Shown one piece after another: positions 23,890-34,414 of a stretch of DNA of 41,844 nt. A program made the translations under genes and the position numbers. Below the pieces are notes generated by a model, which had not been told where the DNA came from, did no database searches, and was given only the letters and a program-made list of their open reading frames with translations. The DNA is from Rhizaria sp. SCN 62-66 (Eukaryota). The stretch is taken from positions 1 through 41,844 of the forward strand of contig MEDY01000286.1 of assembly GCA_001724265.1 (NCBI GenBank). The letters run 5' to 3'. The first letter of the stretch is position 1. Each line of letters starts with the position of its first letter.

Positions 23890-26055
23890 ATGTCTGCCCG
23901 CTCTCTGCCACCCGGCACTGCGGCCGCGACCCCGACCGCCCCTGTGCTGCCCATCGCCGCAACTGCACGTCCCCGCTTGCCTGCCGCCGCCCGTGGGCCG
24001 ATGTACGACCCGTCTTTTTACGCTGACGCGATTCGCGAGCACTTCTTGAGCGAATCCTCGTCGTCATCAACCTCTGCCTCAGCCACCAGCTCGGTCCCTG
24101 TGTCGGCGACTACGGTCGGCGCGGCAGGCTCGCCGGTGGCAGCGACTGCTGACGGCCTATTTGGGCGCAGCGCGTTGGACACCGCCGCGGGTGCTGGCGA
24201 TGACGACAATGACAATGACGATACGGAGGCCTCCCCTTGTGGAGCGACGACAGTGTCTGTTCCAACGGGGGGCTCCTCCATCACGACTGGCGTTACTGCC
24301 CGAGCAGCGGCTGTCTCCGCGTCCTCCGTATTGTCGGCTTCTTTTCTGACGTCTTTGTCATCCCTCTGCGCCCGTCCCGCCCCCGCTGCTGCATCTGCTG
24401 CGACAGGCGGCAGCACGATCACCAACTCTAACAGCAGCAGCAACAGCAGCAACAGCAGCAGCATCAGTAGCAGCGTTGGCGCCGGCGACATGCGGGTGCG
24501 CGAGCGCATGCTGGCGCGCATGCTCAAGCGCATTGACAGCAACGGCGACGTGAACATGGATCCGGACGCAACTGCACTCCCGCACAGCAGCATGGGCGTG
24601 TACGGCTCGATTCGCAGTCACGCTCTGACGCACAGTGACACGCACACGCACACGCACACGCACACAGAGCGCGTGCTGCGGGGCTTCATCCCCACCGACA
24701 GCGAGCGCGACAGCAATTGCGACGATGACGACGATGACGATGATGAAGATGGGGGCTCCTCGAAGTCTAAGTCGAAGGCTAACCAGTATGCAGACAGTGA
24801 GTTTGCCCCAATCGATCCGCTGCTGCTCCTTTCGTCAGGCGCAGTTGCCACTGTCGCTGAGGCGGAGGCAGCAGTTGCAACGGCAGCAGCTGCAGCTAAG
24901 AGTAAGATCAAAAGAAAGAGCAAGGGCAAGAATGGTGAGAACAAGATCACTGTGGTCAACGGTGCGCTTGCACGCGAACTCGTGGGCATCAGTACCGTGA
25001 TTGATGTTGCTGCTGACGAAGAGGAGTACGACCGTGAGCAGCTCCAGCAGCAGCTGCAGCTGCAGCAGCAAGGTGCATGTGAGCTGCTGCAACAGGCTGA
25101 CGACGAGCAGCTGCTACTTGGGGACGGTTCCGCGGCAACTGCAACTGCAACTTTGCCGGCGAATGTCGACAACGTTGTTGCTAGTAGCGGCAGTGTCAGT
25201 GATAGCTCTGTTAAGAGGCTGCCGTCAATGCTGACTCAATTTGCAAACGCCACTGCGAACAACAACACAAAGACACCTGCGAGTGCGTATACTGAGTGTG
25301 TCACGGTGGAAGAGACTGGCGAGATTGCGATTGAGCAGTGGAGCAAGGCCGACTTCGACTCGGACTCTGAGCCTGCCGGCGATGCCAGTGCAAGCAATAC
25401 GGGCGTCAAGACTGACGACAACAATCACACTGCAGAGTCAGAGGCGACCGCGGTGACTGAGAGCGCTGTAGGTATCGTGGGACAGGAGCAGACAGAGCAT
25501 TCCGCGGCTACGCACAGCAGCAATAACAACGAATCTTTCTTGCCTGGCGCCGCTGAGACCGACTCTGACTCCCACTTGCAAACGCAAGGCACGAACATTG
25601 CCTCTAGCAGCAACAGCAACGACGCCGATAGTGCAGATATCGAGGAAGTGGCTGTGGACAGCGCCGCGCACGAGCGCATTTCGTACAGCCAGCGCGCGCA
25701 CGCACGCGCACAGGCCCGCGCACAGCACAGCTGCAACAGTAGTGACACTGGAGTGATTCAGCGCAATGGCCTGTTCCCCGAGGTCGCGGCCGCTGAGGCG
25801 CTCGGGCTCGACGCCTACCCTGACAACGACGGTGGCGCCAATGAGAGCGCCGCTAATGCTGCCACGGCAACGGCACTGGGCGAAGAAGAAAGCGAGGTTC
25901 TCGGGGCCGGGCTGACTGCGGAGGAAGCTGTGACGCGCTGGGCTGGGGGCGCGGGGGCGGGGCCGCTGACGCAAATCAAGCTGGCAGGCGATGAGAATGA
26001 GGCTGAGGAGGAGGATGACGAGGCGTTCTTGGACAGTTTGTTCAAAATGGGATGA
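23890..26055 (+). CDS. Uncharacterised acidic low-complexity protein (~721 aa)
   Basis: First ATG at 23890 at the start of GC-rich sequence, open to TGA. Poly-D, poly-S, HT and Q tracts. C-terminal EEEDDEAFLDSLFKMG. Divergent from the Qri7-like gene. Confidence 0.75.
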   Translation: MSARSLPPGTAAATPTAPVLPIAATARPRLPAAARGPMYDPSFYADAIREHFLSESSSSSTSASATSSVPVSATTVGAAGSPVAATADGLFGRSALDTAAGAGDDDNDNDDTEASPCGATTVSVPTGGSSITTGVTARAAAVSASSVLSASFLTSLSSLCARPAPAAASAATGGSTITNSNSSSNSSNSSSISSSVGAGDMRVRERMLARMLKRIDSNGDVNMDPDATALPHSSMGVYGSIRSHALTHSDTHTHTHTHTERVLRGFIPTDSERDSNCDDDDDDDDEDGGSSKSKSKANQYADSEFAPIDPLLLLSSGAVATVAEAEAAVATAAAAAKSKIKRKSKGKNGENKITVVNGALARELVGISTVIDVAADEEEYDREQLQQQLQLQQQGACELLQQADDEQLLLGDGSAATATATLPANVDNVVASSGSVSDSSVKRLPSMLTQFANATANNNTKTPASAYTECVTVEETGEIAIEQWSKADFDSDSEPAGDASASNTGVKTDDNNHTAESEATAVTESAVGIVGQEQTEHSAATHSSNNNESFLPGAAETDSDSHLQTQGTNIASSSNSNDADSADIEEVAVDSAAHERISYSQRAHARAQARAQHSCNSSDTGVIQRNGLFPEVAAAEALGLDAYPDNDGGANESAANAATATALGEEESEVLGAGLTAEEAVTRWAGGAGAGPLTQIKLAGDENEAEEEDDEAFLDSLFKMG
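24631..24666 (+). repeat. Coding (CACACG)n repeat (His-Thr dipeptides)
   Basis: Encodes HSDTHTHTHTHT. Confidence 0.75.
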
Positions 26056-26586
26056 TATCGACTTGATTTTGGTCGAATTGGGTCAAAACATGACGGAATG
26101 GCCCGAGTAACGGGTTGCTGCGTTTGGATACTTAGTGACGGGAAGTTGGACGTTTGGCATATGTACGCTTGATTAGACGCAATGTATTGTGTATGTAGAT
26201 ACAAATTTGACTTTTCTATTTCGAATGCATATTTATTTAAAAGGCTCATTCGATTTTGAATCAGTACGCATAAAACATGTGCGCCAACGGATAGAATTGC
26301 CAGTGCGAGCGCGAACACTGGAAGCTCGGTCAATCACGGAATCAGTTGCACATAAATACTTAGGATCCCCATCGTCAACAACAATGAAACTCTCTGCAAG
26401 AATACAATTTTCTTATTTCTCTTTGGATTTTTAATTTCAGTACAATTTTATTGAGACTATTTCTCACACATTTGCATTTCCGCTCGCGCTCTTGCCCTCG
26501 CCCTAGTCGTCCTTCACCCCCGTCTTTCGCCGCAGTGCTAAACCTTCATTCTTGAGTCAGCACTCAGAGTTACGCTCCCGTCATAC

Positions 26587-29500
26587 ATGCGCCGCTCTGC
26601 CGCGTCAACACGCGCGGGCTCGGCTGCACAGCTGCAGTCACAATCACACATCGATCCTCAGCCAGTGCCTCCTCAGCTCCCCCCTCAGCGGGCCCCGCAG
26701 CGTCGCTCGTCTGCCCGCACGACAATCAGCACTTCACCTGCTGTTGTGTTACCGCCTGCGGCCACATCTAGTGCGATAAAGGACGCTGGAAGTACAGCCC
26801 TGGGCCGCTCTGTTAATGATGTCAAAGGCAGCGACAAAGTGGGTGAGATTGTAATGGTGCTAACGGACAGCGACGACGATGATGACTACGACGACTTCGA
26901 GGACGATGAAGACAATTGCGACGGGGATGCGAGTGACAGGGACGCTAGCATTAACGCCAGTGCCCGCTCCAAGCGCCCCCGCACAGCTTCAAATGCGCTC
27001 ACAAACCACAGAGCTAGCTCAAGCGACGACAGTGTCCACTTGCTGCCCCCGCTCTCTTCTCTGCGCCAAAAGGAACACCAGCAACAACAGCGACATGGGC
27101 CAGCACTGCCGTTGCCTGCTGCAGATGCGGTCACTTACTGCGCAACTGCGAGCGCTGCCGCACTCACCAACTATAGCGACTCTCGTACCTCGAGCTCTAC
27201 CAGTAATGCTGTCAACGATGCTGACTGCTACAGCCCCGGATCCCACCCATTCGCGTTGACATCGTGGTCGTCACTGTGCGCGCGTGTGCTGCGCTGGGAC
27301 CGGCCCGACTGTGTGCTGCGCGCGTGCATTGACCGCGAAGCAGGGCTGTATCCGCAGCCTTATTTCCCCTGCAACAACAACGACAAAAACACTGGCGTTA
27401 ACAACACCAAAGCAAACACGGCGACGAACAACTTCAGCAGCATTAACATAACCAACAGTCATCGCGACAGCAACAGTGTTAGTGCTAGTCGCGAGCCAGT
27501 GACTCTGTTGCTGCCATCCTTTAAAACCCAGACCCCCAGTCTACTGCTCCCTTTCGCACCGCTGCCGGGCTCCCCCCTGCCGCCGCCAGCGCACGCACTG
27601 CTGCCGCCGCCGCTGCGCCACCTCGCGAACTGCCTCTGGACGCTCGACAGCGTGCTGCTCGACTCGCTGATGACGCACGCCGCGCGTGCGGCGACGCCGC
27701 TATCGGTTCTCAAAAAAGACGCTGCGCGGCGGTTGCGGCATGATGTGAGCGCAGAAGACCTGCTGAGGCTGCTCACGGTCATGCCTGAGAGCTACGAAGT
27801 GACTGTGGTCACGGCTAGTCCTGTGCCTACACACATGAGTGCTGTTGCAAATAGCAATGCGCAAACCAACGCTGACGACAGCAGTAACAAGAGCAATGTA
27901 AGTGGTAATGATGACGACCGTGTGTTCTCCCGGTTTAACCCCGACACAGGCCTGAGTACCTTGTTGCGGTGCAAGTACCTCCCTCCTGACCACGAAATCA
28001 AAATCTCTCCTTGGCTACCTCCACGCTCACGCCAACAGTCACACCGCCCAAGTGCCAGTGATCCTGCTGACGCTACTGCTACTGCAAATGCGTCTGCGTC
28101 TGCTGAAAGTGATGTTGCTGAGAGCGTTGTCGGCGTTGCACCGCTGTCCCCCAGTCACCTGTGGAGCTATCTCAGCGCTTCGCGGCACGCGCGCTACGCT
28201 CTCTTGGTCCGGCGGCTGCTGTATTTGTCGCTTTTGGCGCAGCTAGCTCCGCTACGCGCGTTGTCGCTTGCGTTCGACAGCAATAACAACAAGAACAACG
28301 GCGACTTTATGTTCTCCGCGGCAAGCATAAAGGACAGCGAGTTTCCGTTCGTGGTCGCAAGCGACTGGGACGCGCCTCTGACCGGGACGAAGTTCTCGGC
28401 CCGTGCCGTCACTGTTGCGCGCGCGCTCGCTGGCCACTGCGTCTCCGCGCTCACGACGCTGGCGCCCACGCTGCATGGTCCGAGCCACGCTCATTTCCAC
28501 ATCGGGGAAAACAGTCACAACAACACAGGCGCCGTGAACACTCAGGGCGATAGCGAGCTTGGCGTTGCGTATAGTGCCGCTGACGCGAATAACTGTGTTT
28601 TTATGCACACACATGCACGGGTGTTAGCTACTGTCACTCTAAACGCATCCAACCGCCATGTCGCAAATTCGAAGGCGAGCTCTCTCAGGAATGTGCAATC
28701 TTGCGTCTTTAGTGGCGCAGCTCATCTTCCTGCCTCAGCTACAGCAACTGCGTCTGCGGTCGCCCGCACTCCCGCTGCCGCCGCGGTGCTGCTGCGCGAG
28801 GCCCGCGCTCTGTCGCAGCTGTGGACCGCACTGCCTGCGCCCGCGCCGCCGCTGCAGCTGTCTGTGCGCGCGCCGTGGCCCGTCTGGCTGCCCGAGAGCC
28901 ACTACGTCGTCGCACCGTCGCTTATGCAAGACAAAACTGGACTGCTGCTGCCACTGCCGCCGCTGGAAGCACCGCCGCCGCCGCCAGTGTCAAAGGGGGC
29001 CGCGTTCAAGCGCGCGCTGGTCACGGGCGCTGCGGTCAGCGCTGGTGAGGACAACGACAAAAGACATGGAGACGGAGGCAATGCTGGCGATGACAACAGT
29101 GACAGCGCATGTGAAAGTGATGGCGACAACGATGGTGTTGCTGCTGATGCCTGCGACTGCGGCCGTGAACAGCAACTGGGCTCTGGCTGTGAGCAGTGCT
29201 CGTACCGCCGCCGTGCTCACAGTCACTTGCTCCGCACGAAGTCAAGCCGCTTGCGTCTCTGTCGCCGCGCCGCGCTTCCCCCCGCGCCGCCCGCGCCGCC
29301 CATTGCGTTCGTGTTGAGTCTAGCCGCCGACTGCACGCACCCGACCGAGCTCTCGGCCACTGGGCTCCGCGTTACCGCGACAGCGGCCGCGGCTGCCGGC
29401 GCATCGGCGCTAGCCGTGGCTGAGGGCGAGAGCGGCGCTGCGGGCGCGGCGCGCGCAGCAGCGGTTGAGGCGGCTGCCGTGGACGCAGTTCTTGGGCCTG

Positions 29501-32500
29501 AAACAGTCTCTTCAATCGCCAACGAAACAACGCTCGAGCTTGACCTAGAGCTCAACAAGAACAGCCACGACCAGAGGCACTCTGCAACAAAGACGCTCTT
29601 ATCCGAGTCCGGCGTCGGTCACGACTCTGGCGTGAGCACTTCCAATGTGAGCGGCGTTGCTATGACCGTTGCTGCGGGCGCAAGCGGAGTCTCGGCGAAG
29701 GGCGTTGGTGTGCGGGTAGCAGGGTACTTTGCACTCTTGACTGCGCTCGAACAGCAGCTGCCGCAGTCGAGCGGGGCTAAAACGAAAAGTGCAAAGACCC
29801 AAAATCGCTCGATTGCTGTGCCGCGCCCGATGCTGCTACCTGTTCACGCATACCTGTATTTGGCACCGAAGGATGTCACAGTTGCAACCGCTGCTGCTCT
29901 CATGCAACTATCAGAGCAGCAGTCGCCGCACAGCAATGGCAACAACAAAACTCACGATGCAAGTGAGACAGTGTCGCAGAAGCGCAAGAGTTTGTTCTCT
30001 GTCCTGTCCGCTGTTTGCGTGATGAACAACTTAGCCCTCGCTCGCACTGCCTTCACTGCGTCACACAACTCCAACATCGACAGTGTCAACAGCAACATTA
30101 CCGCACAGCAACCCTTGTTTATTCACGCATCGGGCTTTTTCGGCCCCGTCGCCCGCCACTTTGCCCGCCTTATTGCCACGCTTCTCCACCCGACCCGCGG
30201 ACTCATGCGGTCTACCTTCTTGCCGACGCGGCCTGACTTAAGCGCGGGCCGCGGGGGCTGGGACTGCTGTGCTATGTTGCGGGCACTGGTAGCGCGTGTG
30301 ATGCCGGGCGAAGTTCAGGATTTGTGGAGTGATGCTGCCAAGTCTGCGAACACGCCCACAAAGTTGACAAAGAACGTCGACTCTCGCGGCGATTTGAGTG
30401 GCAGCAACGGTGATTGTCACGAAGGTAATCGCTTTGTGATTTTGCTCACGAAAGCAGCGTTGCGCGACGCAGTCACTGCGCTTCGAACCAACAGCGCTCT
30501 GAAGCAGCTTGAGAAGACGATCGCGCTTTTGAGCGCAGTGACTGACGCTGCTGAGATTGTGCGCGGCATGGCACTCACGCAATCGCCCGCTTTCTTCACC
30601 ACCACCAGCAATAACAGCAACGCTAACGCCGACGCTAGCAACAACAACGGACAGCAGCCGCAAGTGCAGACTGCAACGACGACTGCAGCTGGTGGCGCAG
30701 CTGCTGGTGCTGCCGGTGGGCTCGCCGCGCTCCGAGCAAGGCTTGCAAGCTTTAAGAACAACAACAACGCTGCCGCTGCAACTTCCAGCGTGGCTGCAAC
30801 TGCGCCGTCACAACAGAAGCCAGAACATCAGCAGCAGCAGCAGCAGCAGCAGTCTGGTGCTGCCGCTGCGGCTGCTGTGGCGCATCGCCCCGTGCCGCTG
30901 CCGTTGTCCCGCGTGGTGGCCGAGCTCGCCAACAGCGACCGGATCGGCCGCACGCACGGCATGTCTCCAGCGGCCTGCGAGAAGCTCGTCGTTGCAATCT
31001 GTGCTGTGTCCGCCGCCGCCGCTGCCATCGAGCATGCTGACGCCGCAGCTAAATCTGCGATATTTACGGACGCCGACAATGCTAATAGCAACGATGGTGC
31101 TGTTGCGACAGCGAAATCAGATCAAACTAAGTCGGTTGTCTCGACGCAGCGAAGTCAAGCCGCCATGCAGTGCGTGACGACCTCGTTCGGCACAGCGCTT
31201 CGGTATTATCCGTTACACAACGCGTCCGCGTTTGCGGCGGCGGCCGCCGCGGCGCGCACTGCTGGACTGGGGTTGCATAAAGCGGTTGCGGCCTCTGTGG
31301 CTGCGGTGGCGGAGGCGGCCTCATGGTGGACTGACCCGCCCACGGTCACCTATAGCGGCACTGGCAGCGACGCTAACAACAACACTGCGGAACAGAAAGT
31401 CGACACTGCGCGTCTGGAGAGTGAGAGCGGAGAGAACGCGGGGGTTGAGCTGCGCAGTGCTGGCTACATCGACGCCATTGCAAACGCGGCGACCGCGGCG
31501 GAGGCCGTGGCTGCGACCCAGTGGGCGCTGCCTAAGTACCTGCGCCAGTCGAAGTCGCCGTGCCAAGTGAACGTGGGCGGCGAAGTGACCGTGAGCAGCG
31601 AGTGGGACCGGGTCTTCGTGGCTCCCCTGAGGTTCCTGCTCCGCAAGGCGTCCCCTCTCGGCGCCTGCCTCGACTCTGCACTCAGCGTCGCTGACTCTGA
31701 CGGCACAGCGCAGACTTGCCCTGACAGCGCGACGGCCGGCATCGACCCCGTGGCATGGCCCGCCACTGCAGCGGGCCGGCTGCTCTGCTTCGCTCACGCC
31801 GACGCCACCGTGGAGCGCGTTGCGCGCGCGTCGGTGGCGACTGTACGCAGGGATGGAAGGGCGGTTCAGAAGCTGCTCAACGAGGCGAAACACGCAGCAG
31901 CACCAGCGCCACAGTTACAACCATCTGTTGAGGCTGTTGCACGGCTGCAACGCGAGCAGCGTGAGCGTAAGCGGCTGCTGCAGCGGCTTAACTTGTTCGC
32001 GGGATGTTCCCGCGGGCGGCTGTACTTTTACCCTCCTAACGCTCCCGGTGTGCCGCAATGTCTGTCCTCAAAGACCAACAGTTCCACCGCAAGCGCCACT
32101 GATGCTAATGACTCTGAGGCTGATGACGACACAGATTTTGACGTTGGCTTAAGCTTTGACTCCGATGCCGGCACCGACCGTGAACATGAGACTGGTGACT
32201 GCGAGCGTCTGCAAGACGTGGAGGGCGCTCTCTTTGCCCGGTGGGTGGCTCGGCGCACCCCCGCCTTGCCTCAAACACAGGCACTGATACAGTCGCTGTC
32301 GCGTGGGATGTACACGGCAGCGTTGCCGTCGCTCCCGTCCCTGGCGTCGCTCTCTGAGGCCATCCCCGCAACGCACGCGCTCAAGAACAGCTGCAACTTA
32401 CCGTGTGCTCTCGAGTTGACTCAAAACACCCCCAACAGCAGCCCGTCGGCCCGCACTCCTGATAGCACGAGTCTAAGTGTCACAGATGTAAGCACCCCGC

Positions 32501-32667
32501 GCGTATCGCTTGACACGGCGACCGCGGTTGCGCTGCTAGGCGACAGCGCGCACGGCACCGCGGCGGCGGTCGCGGCCGCGAATGCCGACGCGGCGGCCGC
32601 CGTGCTGCTGTGGCTGCTGCAGTGCACCGCGGTCGAGAGCGGTTGCGTCGCCAAGAGGCTGCAGTGA
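26587..32667 (+). CDS. CDT1: Probable DNA replication licensing factor Cdt1-like protein, greatly expanded (2026 aa)
   Basis: LLPPPLRHLANCLWTLDSVL...LSVLKKDAARRLRHDVSAEDLLRLLTVMPESYEV (27598-27800) matches the recalled Cdt1 middle winged helix (LPxxYxxLaexFxxLD...TVYPxSY). DAAEIVRGM...LPLSRVVAELANS...MSPAACEKLVVAI (30541-31000) matches the Cdt1 C-terminal winged helix. Ends TGA. Confidence 0.6.
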   Translation: MRRSAASTRAGSAAQLQSQSHIDPQPVPPQLPPQRAPQRRSSARTTISTSPAVVLPPAATSSAIKDAGSTALGRSVNDVKGSDKVGEIVMVLTDSDDDDDYDDFEDDEDNCDGDASDRDASINASARSKRPRTASNALTNHRASSSDDSVHLLPPLSSLRQKEHQQQQRHGPALPLPAADAVTYCATASAAALTNYSDSRTSSSTSNAVNDADCYSPGSHPFALTSWSSLCARVLRWDRPDCVLRACIDREAGLYPQPYFPCNNNDKNTGVNNTKANTATNNFSSINITNSHRDSNSVSASREPVTLLLPSFKTQTPSLLLPFAPLPGSPLPPPAHALLPPPLRHLANCLWTLDSVLLDSLMTHAARAATPLSVLKKDAARRLRHDVSAEDLLRLLTVMPESYEVTVVTASPVPTHMSAVANSNAQTNADDSSNKSNVSGNDDDRVFSRFNPDTGLSTLLRCKYLPPDHEIKISPWLPPRSRQQSHRPSASDPADATATANASASAESDVAESVVGVAPLSPSHLWSYLSASRHARYALLVRRLLYLSLLAQLAPLRALSLAFDSNNNKNNGDFMFSAASIKDSEFPFVVASDWDAPLTGTKFSARAVTVARALAGHCVSALTTLAPTLHGPSHAHFHIGENSHNNTGAVNTQGDSELGVAYSAADANNCVFMHTHARVLATVTLNASNRHVANSKASSLRNVQSCVFSGAAHLPASATATASAVARTPAAAAVLLREARALSQLWTALPAPAPPLQLSVRAPWPVWLPESHYVVAPSLMQDKTGLLLPLPPLEAPPPPPVSKGAAFKRALVTGAAVSAGEDNDKRHGDGGNAGDDNSDSACESDGDNDGVAADACDCGREQQLGSGCEQCSYRRRAHSHLLRTKSSRLRLCRRAALPPAPPAPPIAFVLSLAADCTHPTELSATGLRVTATAAAAAGASALAVAEGESGAAGAARAAAVEAAAVDAVLGPETVSSIANETTLELDLELNKNSHDQRHSATKTLLSESGVGHDSGVSTSNVSGVAMTVAAGASGVSAKGVGVRVAGYFALLTALEQQLPQSSGAKTKSAKTQNRSIAVPRPMLLPVHAYLYLAPKDVTVATAAALMQLSEQQSPHSNGNNKTHDASETVSQKRKSLFSVLSAVCVMNNLALARTAFTASHNSNIDSVNSNITAQQPLFIHASGFFGPVARHFARLIATLLHPTRGLMRSTFLPTRPDLSAGRGGWDCCAMLRALVARVMPGEVQDLWSDAAKSANTPTKLTKNVDSRGDLSGSNGDCHEGNRFVILLTKAALRDAVTALRTNSALKQLEKTIALLSAVTDAAEIVRGMALTQSPAFFTTTSNNSNANADASNNNGQQPQVQTATTTAAGGAAAGAAGGLAALRARLASFKNNNNAAAATSSVAATAPSQQKPEHQQQQQQQQSGAAAAAAVAHRPVPLPLSRVVAELANSDRIGRTHGMSPAACEKLVVAICAVSAAAAAIEHADAAAKSAIFTDADNANSNDGAVATAKSDQTKSVVSTQRSQAAMQCVTTSFGTALRYYPLHNASAFAAAAAAARTAGLGLHKAVAASVAAVAEAASWWTDPPTVTYSGTGSDANNNTAEQKVDTARLESESGENAGVELRSAGYIDAIANAATAAEAVAATQWALPKYLRQSKSPCQVNVGGEVTVSSEWDRVFVAPLRFLLRKASPLGACLDSALSVADSDGTAQTCPDSATAGIDPVAWPATAAGRLLCFAHADATVERVARASVATVRRDGRAVQKLLNEAKHAAAPAPQLQPSVEAVARLQREQRERKRLLQRLNLFAGCSRGRLYFYPPNAPGVPQCLSSKTNSSTASATDANDSEADDDTDFDVGLSFDSDAGTDREHETGDCERLQDVEGALFARWVARRTPALPQTQALIQSLSRGMYTAALPSLPSLASLSEAIPATHALKNSCNLPCALELTQNTPNSSPSARTPDSTSLSVTDVSTPRVSLDTATAVALLGDSAHGTAAAVAAANADAAAAVLLWLLQCTAVESGCVAKRLQ

Positions 32668-33026
32668 ACGGCAATAATATCCTCACAATGTTTAAAAATG
32701 TTTATTTAGTTTAAGCACGCTCTTTATGTCACGATGAAGTTGCCCTGTAGATCGTGTTGTTATATAGACTTCCCCTTCACTGTTTACAATACAAATCGAC
32801 CTTACAGCTAGTCAATGATATGCCGCAAAAATGTTCGTACTACATGGACACTCCTCTCTGTTTAGATCGAGATCTGTAGGGATGTTCGAACTAATGTATT
32901 GTATTGTTGTGAAAGAGAGACACTGGCCAGTGTCACTTGCTAACGCAGCGCATGGCCTGTCGCGCCAAATAGACTCTGTGGGCCCCCCAAGCGCGTAATT
33001 TCAAGAGCAACATGCGTCATCACTAC

Positions 33027-33811
33027 TCACGTGCTCTGCTGCGGGGGAGCGTCCGTACCGGCGACCCCGAACTTGGCCTTAAGCGCGGCCAGCTCCGCCA
33101 GCCCGGCCTCCACCTTGGCGCGGCCCTGCTCGACCTTGCCCGCCGCGCTCGCGCCCGCGGTGGCGGCGGCAGCGGCGGCGGCGGCGGCGTTGCGGGAAGG
33201 CTTGAAGTAGACGACGGTGAGGTAGCGGCCGTCGACGTTGAAGCCATTGAGCCCGTCGACGGCGGCGCGCGCGTCGTGCACGTTGTCGTACACTACGTAC
33301 GCGCGGCCCTTAGACGAAGGGCCGTTGCCCCTGTGAAGTGAACGCGTTAGAGAAACAAAGAGGAAAGAGACGGCGGGAATGTGAGATAGCGACAAGGAAG
33401 AAACAATATGTGAAGACAGTAGACTGTCGAGATAAAACCAACATAAACCTTTGGATTACAAGTTATTTTACAAAAATAACTGAGAATATGCCTCATTTCA
33501 GGACAATGTGATGTGAGATATGCAGTGTAAGTGAGTTGGATGGACTTACATGCGGATCTGGCGGATGATGCCGAAGCGGCCGAAGAGGGTGTACATGTCC
33601 TCGCCGGAGTAGTTGAACGGCAAATGTTTGATAAAGAGAATACGTGACGCGTCAGCAGGGAGCTGTGGTTGGCGCACACTCTGTAGTGGGAGCGTGGTAT
33701 GGAGCAAAAAGAGGCGAGAATGAGTGAGCGAAGGCAAGAGAAAGTAGGGCGACGGAAGATCGGCGGATTGAGGGCGAGACGTACCATGCCAGTATGACCC
33801 AAAGAGTTCAT
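33027..33811 (-). CDS. SF3B6: Splicing factor 3B subunit 6 (SF3b14a/p14), RRM, 153 aa; exons 33811..33785, 33680..33550, 33330..33027
   Basis: Spliced product LPADASRILFIKHLPFNYSGEDMYTLFGRFGIIRQIRMGNGPSSKGRAYVVYDNVHDARAAVDGLNGFNVDGRYLTVVYF...LKAKFGV is colinear with p14. Both introns are GT-AG and frame-restoring. Ends TGA. Confidence 0.95.
33331..33549 (-). other. SF3B6 intron 2 (219 nt, phase 2)
   Basis: AT|GTAAGT...CTTCACAG|G joins RQIR-M-GNG. Confidence 0.93.
33681..33784 (-). other. SF3B6 intron 1 (104 nt, phase 0)
   Basis: ATG|GTACGT...CCACTACAG|AGT, pyrimidine-rich. Supplies the ATG that exon 2 lacks upstream of the RRM. Confidence 0.8.
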
Positions 33812-34414
33812 TGTGATTCAGACAACAAAAAAGTACGGAGTGACCTCTGAATTTGTATTGACGATCAAATCAGACCAGAAGACAGTGCCAAAATGAGGGA
33901 TCATACCAACGGACTGGTCGGGGCAGGTTCGCGAAAAATCTCAGCGAGGTGGTCGCAATTGCAGCCTGGTTGTTCTCGAGCTTTTCAGCGAGGATTAAAT
34001 CACACACTCCCGACGAGGCACGCGGCTCACGCTGATGAATCTGTGTTGTCAACTCAGTAGCATATTTGTGTTTAAAACGTGATCCACGATCAACCCTGAC
34101 CCTCAGCGCACTATTTCTTCAGGGTGTCGAGAAGATAGCAAAACATCCCCTCGCTGTTGCTGTTGTCGCTTAGCAGCGCGCGTCTCTCTCTCTCTGGACC
34201 AGGGTGATTGATTCACTGTTGCCGTGACGTGTCCCTTTCTGTCTTTTTGTCCTGTGCACGCACACCTGTCTTGTCTTCCCTCTCATCACACTCCCGCACT
34301 GTCTTTCCAAACAAACGCAAACCAAACTGAAACTAATAGTCTCTCCTGCAACTCCTGAGCAACAGCTGAAGTAGACTTCTTAGTGTTCTTTCCGACGACT
34401 GCGTACTCCCGACT

